Below, in pieces: positions 13,065 to 26,554 of a stretch of 64,000 nucleotides of DNA (position 1 is the first letter of the stretch; the number at the start of each line of letters is the position of its first letter). The stretch is from the NCBI GenBank assembly GCA_977030845.1, contig OZ365109.1, positions 59,768,001 through 59,832,000 on the forward strand, read 5' to 3'. The DNA is from Fimbriosthenelais zetlandica (taxonomy: Eukaryota). The notes under the pieces are model-generated. The model ran no database searches and was not told where the DNA came from. It was given only the letters and a program-made list of their open reading frames with translations. Position numbers and translations under genes: made by a program.

Positions 13065-16000
13065 GTGTAGGCCTACTTTGGCATAGTAGAAAATGGAGAA
13101 AATACGCATGGAAACATGGTTATGGTCTTTTAACATCAGAGATTTCCTTCCCTCTAGTCATATGGCATTCTACGTTTATTGTGATATGAATTGCATCCAA
13201 TACGACGATTTCTCGATCAGATATCTATATTTAGAGGTTGGAATAAAGGGGGTATGGATTTATCCTTGTTATGGCCATGCCAACGGGCCTAAGCTTCCCG
13301 TGATCGCCATCTATTCCAGAGAAATGGTGATTACCTGGCCTGAAAAGGGATTGCTTCGCCTTGAAAAGCTAAGTCCTCTATACTCTAAACGTCAGCTTGT
13401 TTATTTCATTGAGATATATGTAAACCTGCCTCTATCCAGCTAAAAGGATGGCATTGTGGTACGAGGGAGGGCAAAGGAACAGCGCAGTGCAGCAAATGAA
13501 GACGATAGTTTTAGTATGGAGCCTCCACCATTAGAGGTATTTAGGTTCATTATGGTCGAACAAGCCCAGAATCTATGAGGATAAGGGCAGAGCGGAAGGC
13601 CGAGAAATGGTGAACGCTGGTGGTTGTTCTAATTTGGACCAATGTTTAGACCAGCATAGCGATCGGGCACAGCGGTGTATCATTTAAGTGCCGATCTGTT
13701 GAACAGATTGGTTCAAGTAGCTTGATGAGGATAGATCGGATTGAGGGCGGTGTCCAGAATAAGGGCTATGGGTTCCTCTGTGTGTCTTCCTTCCCCATCC
13801 CGTCTAGACCTCTACCGTGGCACGTGCGCTAACTAGACCCCAGGGCTTTAACACTTCCTTGTACACTAAAGAGGCAAGCTAGAAAAGGGGGTCAGGCTAG
13901 CATGGGAGGGCTGAAGGCAGGAGATGTTGTAGGTGGCTGCTGCCATGAAGCCATCAGAGAAGTAATGGGAAGCTACATCTGATACTGAAAAGGCAGAGCT
14001 TTATAATACACCGATGCATTATCCTCCGCAAGTCATTAGCCGAGTGGGGCGGACGATATGATAGATGGCTTGACTTGATGGATTGACACCAGATCTTAGA
14101 AGACACAAACACTGAAAAATATACACCGATATTATTCTGGATTGCAGCAAGAATAGACCGATGCAGTCAATTGATACATGCATTTGTCAATAGGTGAACT
14201 ATTCAAAGGTTTACTAATCCTGGTCCTTTAATACCCAGTCAGAGCAGGATTATCACAGTAAATCATATCAAAAGGATAATGTACATTCTGGTCTGAATTT
14301 TTTTTGGTGTGCATAGGGATAGATGTCAGATACATGAATCTGCAGCTGGGGAAATGGTAATGTACATTATATACCAGTCACGCAGAGGTCCTTTTGCAGA
14401 AGACTTGACTCCAAATCGATGATCCTTTGCTTTAGTATACAGGTGTTTCTTCTTACACTTAATTCTTTACTCGATGGGAAGAATTGTATGATCAGCTCTA
14501 TTCATTGTAGACTGTGTGTAACCAGAAAGAAGTCTGGTCGATTTGGTAATCTCTCTATAGCTACAATATAGAACAGAGTGGATGGAAAGAGAACCAGATC
14601 GTGTACAGGTCATGTCGACTTGCTTTGTATCTAGTTGACGTTCTAGATGTAGGCTTAGTCAGAAGGAAAAGAAATCCTTTCATACTCCTATCGAATAAAT
14701 ATGAAAGCAAATGTGAAAGCTATGAATTTGCAGCTTTCAGAATGCAAATCCCTTCATAACAATAGCTGCTGTTTCTGTGTCTATCACATATCCATTTCAA
14801 GTGTATAGTCTATTGATGTGCCAATACTGTGAGCTCGATTCCGGACGCACCAGGTATAATATTCATTTTTACATAGTAGATCTATATATCGTCCCAATAT
14901 TTCATGGCATTCTCCATCCTTTTGGACTTGATGGAGATGCAGAAAGTTCCCTGAAAGGCATTTTATTGCCACTGAGAAAAATTAAACATTCATGCTAATC
15001 GGATAAATAATCACTAAACCCAATGCGATGACATAATTCATGGCCAGGATAAAAAAGATCAATTATCTTAATTAAGGAAGAACACGATTGGGGCAGGGAA
15101 CGGTTTTGTCGTCCTCCTGCCCCTGGTTGACACGGGAATGCGCAAAGAGAAAGCGAAGGGGGAAGGTGGGGTCTTCTGTCCTGGGATTGAAATCACATTC
15201 TTAGGTTGTGTTAAAAAAGATGGAGGCAAGCAGAGCTCCCCTGAAGAACTCCTGCCTGAAAAGGCAGCACATGCTTGAAGGTGGCCGGCTGCGGTCGGGA
15301 CACGTCTTGAGCCTTCCGCTCGAGTTACTCCTCAGGGTTTGTTGAGTGGTTGAGATCAAGATTGCTTCAGCAGTGTTCTCTGATAACCCATTTACACGTG
15401 CTGACAGGGGCAGGGACAGCCTTCAAGCCTCTGTAGGAGTGGAAAGAGAGAGAGCCTCTGCAGGATGGTGGCAAATGGCATGAACAGGATGTTTTATGGT
15501 TGGATTCTAAACGCCTTGGCTTTTTCTACTTGTCTTTTCACATCACAGGAGATCAGTGGTTGTCAAACGATTCTCAGATATAACCTCAAACGTGCCTTAA
15601 GTCTGCATCTGTTCCTGTTTTTATTTCAGACATTTCGGATTTGTGTTCCCTTTCCTAGCCATGTTAAATTAATCAGTATGTTATTTGTATGAGATTAGTG
15701 ATCATCCTTGAAATATAATTCAGGCGCCATGCAAGGAAAAATGCTATAGGCCCTATAGACAAATATTAGCCTTGATGAGGCAATACATTCGTTATTGATA
15801 CATGTGTGTGCTTTAATGAGTATGAGAAAAAGTATGATACGAGATGATGCATCCTTCGGTATTTCTAGAAGTAAAAATGTCACGTTGGCAGACTGGAGGA
15901 TTTGTCTTTTAATTCCTGCTCTCCGGCTCTGCCCAAGAGACTTTCTTCGGCTGAATATTTCATGTGCTGTCGAGGAGCCCATCTATATTCCATCATATTA

Positions 16001-17599
16001 TCGCTACTCCGGCCAACAATCATTTGGCCTGGTACATCTTACTCAATATAGGATAAAATGATTGGAAAATTAAGTCAACACCAGGGAGATGCGGCAAGCG
16101 AGAGGCAGGTCTAACAATAAATCGACATATAAGGACCACGAATGGCACGCCTGGCAGTTTTCTATTCAGAATAGTCATATCTATATGTAAAGTTATAATG
16201 CATACTTAATTCTATATTACCACTCACTCCGTACCTTCCCCAATCCTTGTACAAGAAATAACCCTTTTTTCGGTTGGACATTTACCTCGATCGATATGAA
16301 GTGGGATTTATGCATACACTTCCATAATGCCTACCCTAATCGACCATTTATGACTTTATCTGGTAACTGGGGATTGGCTGCCACAGGAGGCTTAAGTGTA
16401 TTAAATTGTGTCGATTCGATGTCATTGATGCCCCACATAACCAGCCAGAAGGTGGGTAACAGCCCAAGTGCTATAACTGACAAGCTATCGTTTAATGATA
16501 GTAATTGCCCAGTCAGTTAATTCCAGATCCCCAGGCTATTAATGGAAGGACAATATATTGGGATCCTCAGTTTTAATTTGAGTTTAATCCATACAATTTC
16601 AAGCAAGGCTCTGCTTCAGCTGGGCCATAAACCTCTTGAGCAGGCAAGCAGAAATCCTCCGACAAATTACGTGATACATTTGGAATCATCGTGATTACAC
16701 GCTGTACTGGCGAGGGAGAATCCCTCATTACACAATGATGCTTGGTCTGGGGCTCAAGTCTACCATGGAGTGCAAGAGAAAGACATGTTAAACTTATCCA
16801 TGCTGCAGCCCTATCCACTTCTCTCTCCCCACTCCCAAGTGTATTAACATTGATTTCCAGCTATTTGGTTTTCTGGGGCTGCCCAAGTGTTTGATTGTGC
16901 CAGCACAGCAAACCTGTGGGAGTATACTTTCCATGTTTGGGAGTAATATTGAGGCTAGTTCAGTACATGTATTCGCACAGACTACTAGGTTAATCACGAG
17001 CATGGTATACTGTACATGTATTATATCTCACCACAGAAAGTCCATGTATTGTACATGGACTTTCATACTCATCTTTTTCCCGCAAACGCTCATCGTTGTC
17101 AAGGAAACGTAGGCAACACCAGTCAGACTATTATTGTCCTGATGTAATTCAATTTAGTATTCCGGGGTGTGCAATATCTCAATCAGTTATCGGGCCATGA
17201 ATATTATTTCATGGGTGTTGCATTTTTCTGGCCTGCTTATCAATGAATGGCGGACGGCAGACAAATACTTGTACATTAAGATATTTGCGATAAGGCCTCA
17301 GCAGGGGAATGGCAGGGGGATTCAGTCCCTGGTCTGGAATTGATCCTTCTCCGCCATGCTTGTTCTCCTTTTTCGAGTTATAAATCGGGCCATGTTTGTC
17401 ATTACATATTCAGTTACCAGCATCTGTCAATATAACAGGGAACATTCAATTATGCAGTGTGACCAAGCAGTGCTTTATCACTCAGGCTTAGACACAGGCT
17501 ATCTGACCCTTCACAAAGTCATGTTAAAATGTCTCCAAGCTCCCTGCAGATGCAAATTTAATTTGTGTATATTATCATGTCTGTTTTGCCGTTCCGTCT

Positions 17600-17900
17600 C
17601 TGATTTAAGCCTCTGATATTCTTGAATTTCTTTTTTCCATGTCTTTTTCATCTACACCGTTTTGGTCTTTCTATTTTGTTTGTTTTCATTGTCTCTCTTT
17701 TCAAGTTTAATTACCCCCTCGATGTGAAATTGTTGTTCAGCCATAGATCTTCCCTCTCCTTGTTTCCCTTTTATGTCTTCAAAGGTCTCTGTCCATCTCT
17801 ATCATGTCTACCCTCTCCATTTTCCCTGTCTATACCAATGCTCTCTCTCATCTCTCAGCATTATCTGCCCCACTGCTTAATTTTCCATTCCCACTGATAT
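17600..17900. repeat. Pyrimidine-rich low-complexity tract
   Basis: Strong C/T bias on the + strand (tctctctttt, tccctctcct, ctctctctcatctctc). Confidence 0.55.
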
Positions 17901-19079
17901 TCCAGCTCACAGAGCCATGTCTCTAGACCTCTGTATGGGCTAGGTTATGATTCCATCCTTGGACTATTGCTATGTCTACCATCTCTTCATGGCAGTCTGT
18001 CGCTCCCACCATCATGCCATAAAAAGTGCGCCTGTGTGGCGACACTGGCAGACCCCGTTAATGCATTCCTCCACTATAACAACTAACAACATGGCTCGCC
18101 AGTACTGGACCTCCCTCTCTACCTTAATGATTTTACCCCCACAGAGAGATGCTAGAAACTATAGACCGGTCGATGAAAAACAAAACCAGGTTGTATAATC
18201 ACTTCCCATTGCCACATGGCAATGTCTGAACTAACTGCTAGTATTCTCGAAGTGCCATAAACTCTGCTCAGCTATTTAGTATACATAATAAATAACACTA
18301 TATTGTGTGATGGAATTTGATTACTGACAAACATTAGATTTCCTGGGGATAATGGACATTGTCAATTAAGTTAAAGCCTTGCCACTTTACACCATGAATT
18401 ATTTCAGGCGATCCATGTCCGTACAATCACAATATTGCCTGTGATATGGGATTACTAGCAAAGACAGTTTTATCGCATGAGGGAGATATTATGTAGCCTC
18501 CTTTGACAGCTGTATAATTATGTATATTACCGATTTGGCAATGAGTTCAATCCCATTATATTTGTATTTATTGTGTAAGCCTGTCCACCCACTTACGTGA
18601 AGCCTCCATTTGCGAAATTGGAATTCTCCAGTTTATTGTTATGTGTTGATTTCTCTTCATCAGACTTGGAAATAATATTGTATTGAATTTAAATAGTTTA
18701 TTAAATTTATTGCTAAAATTGTCCCGAATTATTCTGATAGAAAATATTATCCAGACACTGACTTGTATTTTTCAAAATCCCAAATACATTATATGGCGTA
18801 TTATATATGAAACATATATGCTTTATATGAAACAAATATGGGATATCATTAACAAAAAAGGCACACTTATTACCATGTTTCATTTGGTGAAAAATAAGAA
18901 TCACCAGTGATGAAAAATCGGTTCCGTTCTCGGTTATACTGTACCTTACAACCCAGAGCACTACCTCCATCGTTACTTCATATTATTTCTGTAAAACACC
19001 ACTTGATTGATTTTGATGGATTAGTTGCAGGGACGGAATATCTCCTTGGATTATCGGCCCACTCTTATAGAGTATAGGT

Positions 19080-19330
19080 ATAAGAAAAGGGAGAGGAGTT
19101 GGAGGGAGAAGCAATTAGAAGGCACTCTGGCTTCTGGGGGAGGATCCCAGGTGGTCGGAGGCTAGATGTACTGACAAATGAAAGGAGCCTAGCTAATCTC
19201 TCTCCTGATGCACATTGCCAACAAAGCCTAGAAGCCATTAACAGTGGTATTATGGACGGGATCGCAGCCTCTCCATGCGTATGAAACACTGAGAATATCC
19301 ACACCTGGATCTTATTTTACTACCTCTCAA
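19080..19330 (+). mobile_element. Decayed CR1-like endonuclease relic
   Basis: cacctggatcttattttacta reads HLDLILL (cf. the APE LDLxxT motif), downstream of a degenerate GDFN-region-like segment. Frameshifted. Confidence 0.3.
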
Positions 19331-19759
19331 TCTCATCCTCCATTTAGTCCGGTGAGAATCTAGTGTTGAAATCGGTTATAATCTGAATCGAGAGGCAAAG
19401 AGCGAGCTAGAGGATGAAATGATAATCTCCTGCGCTCCTCCCCTTGTGGCTTTTGTGCAGGTCTCTCTTTCACTCTCCTCCATTTCCCCGTCCTTTTTCC
19501 TTCCAAGTTGCCCATCTCTGCCTCTTTTCATTTCTCTGTTCCGTTGAAGCATTACATTTTGTTTCTCCCATGTTTAATATGAAATATGAAGAGATGGCAG
19601 TCGTGTCGTCTACAGAATCGGGTCAGTTTTATCTTTACTCCATTCAGATTCCCTCTTCACTGACCTCCGAATTCCTCAGTACCCCTAAATTTCAACGACA
19701 TTCTCCCTATTCATCTCTCAATTCTATTTGGTATAGCCTACCAAATAACAAAAACCTAG

Positions 19760-20085
19760 CCCCTCTCTTCATTTCATGCACTTACCTTTCCCCTCTTTTC
19801 TACCAGTCTCTTCCTCTCTCTCTCTTCTCTCAATCGTTCCTTCTCTCCTCCATCTCCTCCTATCCTGTCCCCCTTCTCTATCCCCCATCGCCCTCTCCCA
19901 CATGTGCACCCTCCTCTGCCTCTCTCCCTCTGATTTCCCTTCCCACTCTCTATCCTGCCTCCCTCCTCCTCTCCCCTCCCTCCTCCTCTCCCCTCTCTAC
20001 TCCTCTCCCCTCTCTCCTCCTCTCCCCCTGTCCTGCCTACCTCTCCCTTTCCTGCCTCCGTCTCCCTCTTTCCTGGATCCCTGGT
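19760..20085. repeat. Long CT-rich (polypyrimidine/polypurine) tract
   Basis: About 320 bp dominated by C and T on the + strand (ctctcccctctctactcctctcccctctctcctcctctccccct). Confidence 0.85.
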
Positions 20086-21207
20086 ACCCCCTCGTGTGTG
20101 GGAACAGGTTGATGTTACGGCAGACAATGATATGGTAGTGGCTTGCTGTATAGATCCATTGAGGTGTGCATTATCGATTGTTACCACTTGTAACCAAATC
20201 ATAAAGCATATTCAGCCTTGTTTTATCTGCCTATAGCTGTATCCAGTATACAGTCCCCCAAACCATCGTTAGAATTGGATCATCCATGTTTGATTGGGTG
20301 AGCACAATGAATTCCATTTTTAACGCCCACAGACAACATAATATTGATATCTGTAATTTGGAGAAGAGTTGAAAGGACGGACAGTAGTGGCAATTCATGA
20401 CATAATAAAGGTTGCAGCCATAAATAATGAATAGCTTGAAACCTGGCCAACGTTGGAATGACTGTCATTGCCGCCTATATATGCCGGGAGCACCAAGTGA
20501 GCCTATAGTGCATACAAAATGCTTTTACATCGTGTAAAATAACATAAATATTCATGAATCCCACGGGGCTTTTTATGTCGTATGGCTCTAATGATATAAT
20601 TCTAACGGAGGAGGATGGGAGGGTTTATTGTGTGGGGGGCAGGGTGGTTTTACTGATTGCCATACTAGAAGGTAACAATAGTAATGATCTATATTGCATG
20701 CCATCGTGTCATTATAAAACATGATATAATGTTCACTGGCCATGCACTGACTCTACACCCAGTACATCATTTGATTGGAGTACTGCCTTATGTGCCTTTT
20801 GGTGTTCATTTCACACATTGCCCTCTGACTGGTGGATGAAAGTGACTGACAAATGTCTCTGCACGAAGGCACCCACTGACCCTCCACACCAACTATAGCC
20901 CCCATCTCCACGCGTATTATAGACCTAGCTACAAAGTAGCGTGTATGTACACAACCCTCAGCTTCAACATGAAAGGCTAATGTCATATATATACCACAGA
21001 GATCCAATTAATGACCACTAAAGAGGTTCACAACCCTGAATTGACCATTTACAATAGATTATAGAGGGATTGATTTAGGTGCAAAGATATAAACCTTGAA
21101 AGACAATCAATTTCTAATCCATTAGGACTATGATATTGCACTGTGATGGAATTGGAAATGACAGTGCTAATAGTCGGCAAGGCGAGTGACAGGTCCAATC
21201 AAACTCT

Positions 21208-21343
21208 AGGGCCTGTTTCAAAAGGAATTCTAAATCGATCTACATCACCTTGATTGTCCACCCCTCTATTATATTTAGCCTATTGCATGGCCATGAAAAT
21301 AATCTCACACCGGTCTATCGAACCTTACCTATGAAACAGCCCC
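21208..21343. mobile_element. Short MITE-like element
   Basis: Left end agggcctgtttcaaaagg (21208) and right end cctatgaaacagcccc (21328-21343) form an imperfect terminal inverted repeat. Confidence 0.4.
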
Positions 21344-24299
21344 ATGCATCTCATTCCTCCGTCAATCCTTTTGTTTAAATGCAACGCTTTGTCCAAGCAA
21401 CATACAGGTAAATTGATTTTATATTGAATCCTTTGGAGCCATATATACTCAGGTATCTCATCTCTTACATAATGCAGAATAATGTTTGGATATAACATGT
21501 CTATATATGAATTATATTTGATATCCCAAGTGACCCCCATATAACCATGTGTAAATATTGATTTTGGCTGAAATGATACCGATTAGATATGATGATCGAT
21601 TGTACCTCCTGACTAGATCTAAAGCTCCATTACAATTGTGAATATTGACATTCATCGGTATTACATTTGCAATAAATATCCATCTCATCCATCATTCCAT
21701 GTAGGAACACTGTTGCACAAGTCAATCTTATATTTCGATTTCTAATCCTTCACCCATTCCCAGATACCTACTCTTACTATGGCCTCCAGTCACATCCCAG
21801 ACACAAATACTAGCATTGCGAAACTTGGGAAAGATACTTTTTTTCGGTAGGAAAATTGGATTTTTATCGGTGTGATAACAGTTTGGCTGGAGGCCTAAGT
21901 CCACAATTTTAGTGTTTGTTTGCTATTTTCTCTATTGCTAGCATGGAAGCTTGGTAGCGTGCTTCCTGGAGTTCTCACGAACCCTCGGTTGATGGCACGC
22001 ATGTGCATGTGGCTCTCCGCTCCTCCATTCAGCTAATAATACCCTGCTCTGCCCTGCCTATGTTTGGGCTACATTTACAAATTGCTCCATTGAGTCCCGG
22101 TCGAACTGAAGCTGGCCCGAGGCGCTCCAACCTGCTCAGGCGAGTGTCGGTATTCCCCTTCGACTGACATAGAAACCACTAATCGTCCAGTGGTAATATT
22201 TCACCATTTTCAACACAATGGGGTTTATGCAGTGGAATGGCTTGGGTGGGCACCTTCACTCCATGTCTTCTTCAATAAGCCCACGCCATGGTGAATTGAG
22301 CCGTTGTGAATATTTCATTTTTCTCTTCCGGCTGTCGAGCTGTCTGGCTGGGTGGTTGGTTGCTTGGTTAGTTGCTGGGGAGAGTTTTCATTTTCGGCCC
22401 AAGTCCTAACCCCGAAATCACAAATCATATTGGTGAATATTGGTGCAATGAATCGCGAGTGATGAGTGTGCCACTTCTACAAGCCATTGATGTGCCACCG
22501 CGAGCATTCCTGTGGTTGTGTCAGTTGAGAGAAAGAGAGATAGAGAGGGACAGATGCGTAGAAAAAAAGCAAGATGGTTGCAATTGATTGCAGTACAGAG
22601 CAACATCAAAGGTCCGTACCAATAATGTGTTTATGTTGGCAGAAAATCGACTGCCTATCACAACCACGTTTTACCACTGCTACTCTCATTAGCTGCAATA
22701 TCTGGAGCCAGCGGGGGAAAAATAATTTCCTCGATTCTTTGAACTCAGTACATGCCACACATTACCCAAGCCCCATCCTCTGAAAATGATCTCTAGCAAA
22801 GAAAACCATAATGGATCATTCAGCATTATATCTGGAGTTATTCCTTTCCTCCTCCGGTGTAATTATTGACGAGGTACCATCAAATATTACTCCCCTGCCC
22901 GGCCAATATATTGTGGCTGATCACTCAAAGGAAAAAGGCACCGGCGCAAAGGCATCCCTCCAGGGATTATATGTCTCATGATCATTTGATGAAGCCTTCA
23001 ATTTTCCTTCATTATTGCTCTTTTTGATGACTCAACACATTGCATATTTACCTTCCTGATCAATCAAGCATGGGAAAGTGACAAAAATGGACAATCAGTT
23101 TTGTTCTTGTTGGATAGAAGATGAATATTCTAGACACGTTTCTTGTCTGCAATGCAATGTCTAGACTGAGTAGTGACCGACTCTGTTCAGCCAGATTACC
23201 AATCTACATGACCATTAGATGCCAACTTGCTGCCAATATTTGCTCACTCTCAGTGGAATATAATAGAAGTCCCGTTGACATTCACCTGTCCATGATCCGG
23301 ATTCAAATGTCACAGATCAGGAAATATGACTTTCCGGGAAGCGCACGCTATTTAATAATGGATCGCCCTCAGGGACCCTCATAGAAGGAGGGCATATTGG
23401 TTGGGGCCTCAACAGGGCTTAGTGGTCAATGGATTTCCTGCAGCAGGAAAAACAAAAGCTTTGGCTGGTGGGGTTAGGTGGTGGTGGAGGTGGTATGGGC
23501 TGGTGGTTGGAGGACAAATGCCCCCTCCATGGAGGAAACCAATGGAGATATAGGGAGAGGCATTGGTAGGCAGGGTGCGCTGGAGATGGCCTTGCCGTGC
23601 TTTGACGAGGTCTAGGGCCATGCATTATAGATAGAGTTAAATGAGCGTTGGATGAGTTTTGTCAGGGGTATATATGGTAGAAGCAAGAATACTATAGGCA
23701 GGCCGAGCTGTTTCATGGTGCTGGGTAAAAGGTAGGACGCGGAGAAGGCCACTCGTAGAGGGCCTGCAGGCAGATCAGCCATGGCTATTCAGAATACAGT
23801 TTATAGGCAGAATATCTGATCTAAACAAGGACTTAACCTGAACCCCAACCACATAAACAACACAGCATGAGCACTAGTCATGATAAATCGTGAATGAGAG
23901 TCGGTGAGGGAAGAGTCACTCACCGGCAGAGCACAATAACTAGGATGGAGGAAGGCCAATGGTTGTTGATAAACTGATGTGGTCTATGCATGTATTGGTT
24001 TTCATCAGACTGCGGAAGCACGCGCCTGGCCCTGATCTATCTGTAGCTAGCTCTGGCCATGGGTCACTACTCTACAAATGGCTCAAGGAACAGGCCATAC
24101 TGGAATATAGATTGGAATCTGATACCTTCCAACGAAGCATGCATGTTATGGCATAACACGAAGGTACATGAAAATGATGAAGTGTGTGTTAGGCATAATG
24201 AAAAACACGTCCCTCTTATAATAAACTGCACTTTTAATATTTCTTTCAATCCCATTGTTGCGTCCCTTCTTCGTTCGGAAGTTTTTGCACGTTCTCAGA

Positions 24300-24660
24300 T
24301 ACATTTTAACAGGTCTGGGACTGTTCGCACGGTTCTGGGACTGTGCGAACGGTTCCAGAACAGTTAATTGCTTTTAGCACGCATTTGGGACGGGTGTCCC
24401 AGAGGCGTTCCCAACTGGTTCCATGTCCTCTTGGGAGTAGTCCCGCACTAACAGAAAAGATGGTCTTCTATTGGTCCCAGCGAAATTTGGCTTTAATATT
24501 ATATAAAAAATATAAAATTTTATAACGGTTCTAGACCAGTTCAAATGTTACCAAAAGACATAGAACTGTTCTGGGTCTGTTCTAAATATTAAATTTGTCC
24601 CGCGAACGTTCTTGGGACGGGGGTCCCAGATGCGTTCAAATAATATAAAGCCTGTTCCAA
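24300..24660. repeat. Degenerate internally repetitive element (gttct/gggac/gaac motifs)
   Basis: 26-bp direct repeat: ttgggacgggtgtcccagaggcgttc (24385-24410) vs ttgggacgggggtcccagatgcgttc (24612-24637). Repeated gttctgggactgt-like words are also present. Confidence 0.45.
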
Positions 24661-25129
24661 ATGAGTGACGGAAGTGATGCTATGAATAATGATGGATTAT
24701 GGGAAAGATATGGCAGTGCTGCTATAGGCGGCGATCTCGGGAACTAATTTCCTTATTCCTATTTTGGGACTTCCCTGTATGGGCGAGGCTATTTGCAGAC
24801 CAGCAGAACATCATTCGGATTTCGTGAACGGCATCATGGAAAACTAACCTCGTATGGAAAGCCGAATATGAACATAGGATTTTATTTCAGTGGTAGGGCC
24901 TAGTATGAAGAGACTAACAGTGCATTTTTAAGGAAGGTGGGAAACATGTTTCTGCCATATTTTAGCACTTATTAGATGGGGTTCATTGTCATTGAGATAA
25001 CTGCATGATCTTGGAGTCTGGCATAGGCCATCACAACAGGATCACACATAGCCTCATAGGGCATGTATAGGGTAAAAGAGCATGTTTCTACAAGGAGCTC
25101 TAGGCCTACATGGTCAATGATGGTCGGGC

Positions 25130-26554
25130 TAACCAGGTCATTATCACTCCACAGGTCGAGACTAGCAGAGAACAGAATATCTGAACATTATTACACATCC
25201 AGATTAGTAGAACATCATGATCACAGGCGCAGACTAGCAGTCATGATACCACAGGTGCATAATGACTCCACAGGTGTTGACTATCATAACATCATGTCTT
25301 CACAGGTGCAGACTAGCAGCTACCGTACTAGCAGAACATCATGATTGTAGGCTACCAGAATATCATGTTTTCACAGGTGCAGACTAACAGAACATCATCT
25401 CACAGGTGCAGACAACCAGAACATCATGATCTCACAGGCCCAGACTAGCAGAACATCATGATATCACAGGTGCAGACTAGCAGAACAGCATGATTCTACA
25501 GGTGTAGACTACCATAACATCATGTCTTCGCAGGTGTAGACTAGCAGAACATCATGTCATAGGTGCAGACTAGCAGAACATCATGATTCCACAGGTGTAG
25601 ACTATCAGAACATCATCATCTCACAGGTGTAGACTAGTAGAACATCATCTGATAGGTGCAGACTAGCAGAACATCATGATTCTACAGGTGCAAACTACCA
25701 GAACATCATGATTCCACAGGTGTAGACGAGCAGAGCATCATCTCATAGGTGCAGACTAGCAGAACATCATGATTCCACAGGTGTAGACTATCAGAACATC
25801 ATCATCTCACAGGTGTAGACTAGCAGAACATCATCTCACAGACGCAGACTAGCAGAACATCATGATTCTACAGGTGTAGACCACCAGAACATCATGTCTT
25901 CACAGGTGTAGACTAGCAGAACATCATCTGATAGGTGCTGACTAGCAGAACATCATGATTCTACAGGTGCAGACTACCAGAACATCATGATTCCACAGGT
26001 GTAGACGAGCAGAACATCATCTGATAGGTGCAGACTAGCAGAACATCATGATTCCACAGGTGTAGACTATCAGAACATCATGATTCCACAGGTGTAGACG
26101 AGCAGAACATCATCTCATAGGTGCAGACTAGCAGAACATCATGATTCTGCAGGTGTAGACTACCAGAACATCATGTCTTCACAGGTGTAGACTAGCAGAA
26201 CATCATCTGATAGGTGCAGACTAGCAGAACATCATGATTCTACAGGTGCAGACTACCAGAACATCATGATTCCACAGGTGTAGACGAGCAGAACATCATC
26301 TGATAGGTGCAGACTAGCAGAACATCATGATTCCACAGGTGTAGATTATCAGAACATCATCATCTCACAGGTGTAGACTAGCAGAACATCATCTCACAGG
26401 CGCAGACTAGCAGAACATCACGATTCTACAGGTGTAGACTACCAGAACATCATGTCTTCGCAGGTGTAGACTGGCAGAACATCATCATCTCACAGGTGTA
26501 GACTAGCAGAACATCATGATCTCACAGGTGCAGACTAGCAGAACATCATGTCTT
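25130..26554 (+). repeat. Minisatellite array, left arm (29/32-bp units)
   Basis: Tandem units of a 26-bp core acaggtg[t/c]agactagcagaacatcat plus a 3- or 6-nt linker (gattcc, gattct, gtcttc, catctc, gatctc, ctc, ctg). Units are degenerate toward 25130-25400. Confidence 0.95.

Noticed and set aside
13093-15000. Possible + strand LTR-element relic (CQYCE, HFYIVDL)
   Set aside because: The motifs are too short and degenerate to support a call by eye.
15465-15558. MVANGMNRMFYGWILNALAFSTCLFTSQEISG as the signal-peptide exon
   Set aside because: It looks leader-like, but the only phase-1 donor (g|gttgtc) is non-consensus.
19444-20202. Longest ORFs in the track (222, 142 and 120 aa)
   Set aside because: They are open only because the CT-rich tract lacks stop codons; the translations are low-complexity S/P/L or G/R/E.
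22218-22409. ORF with hydrophobic end (LAGWLVAWLVAG) as the first exon
   Set aside because: The candidate donors are either in the wrong phase (tg|gttagt) or cut before the hydrophobic stretch (g|gtgaat).
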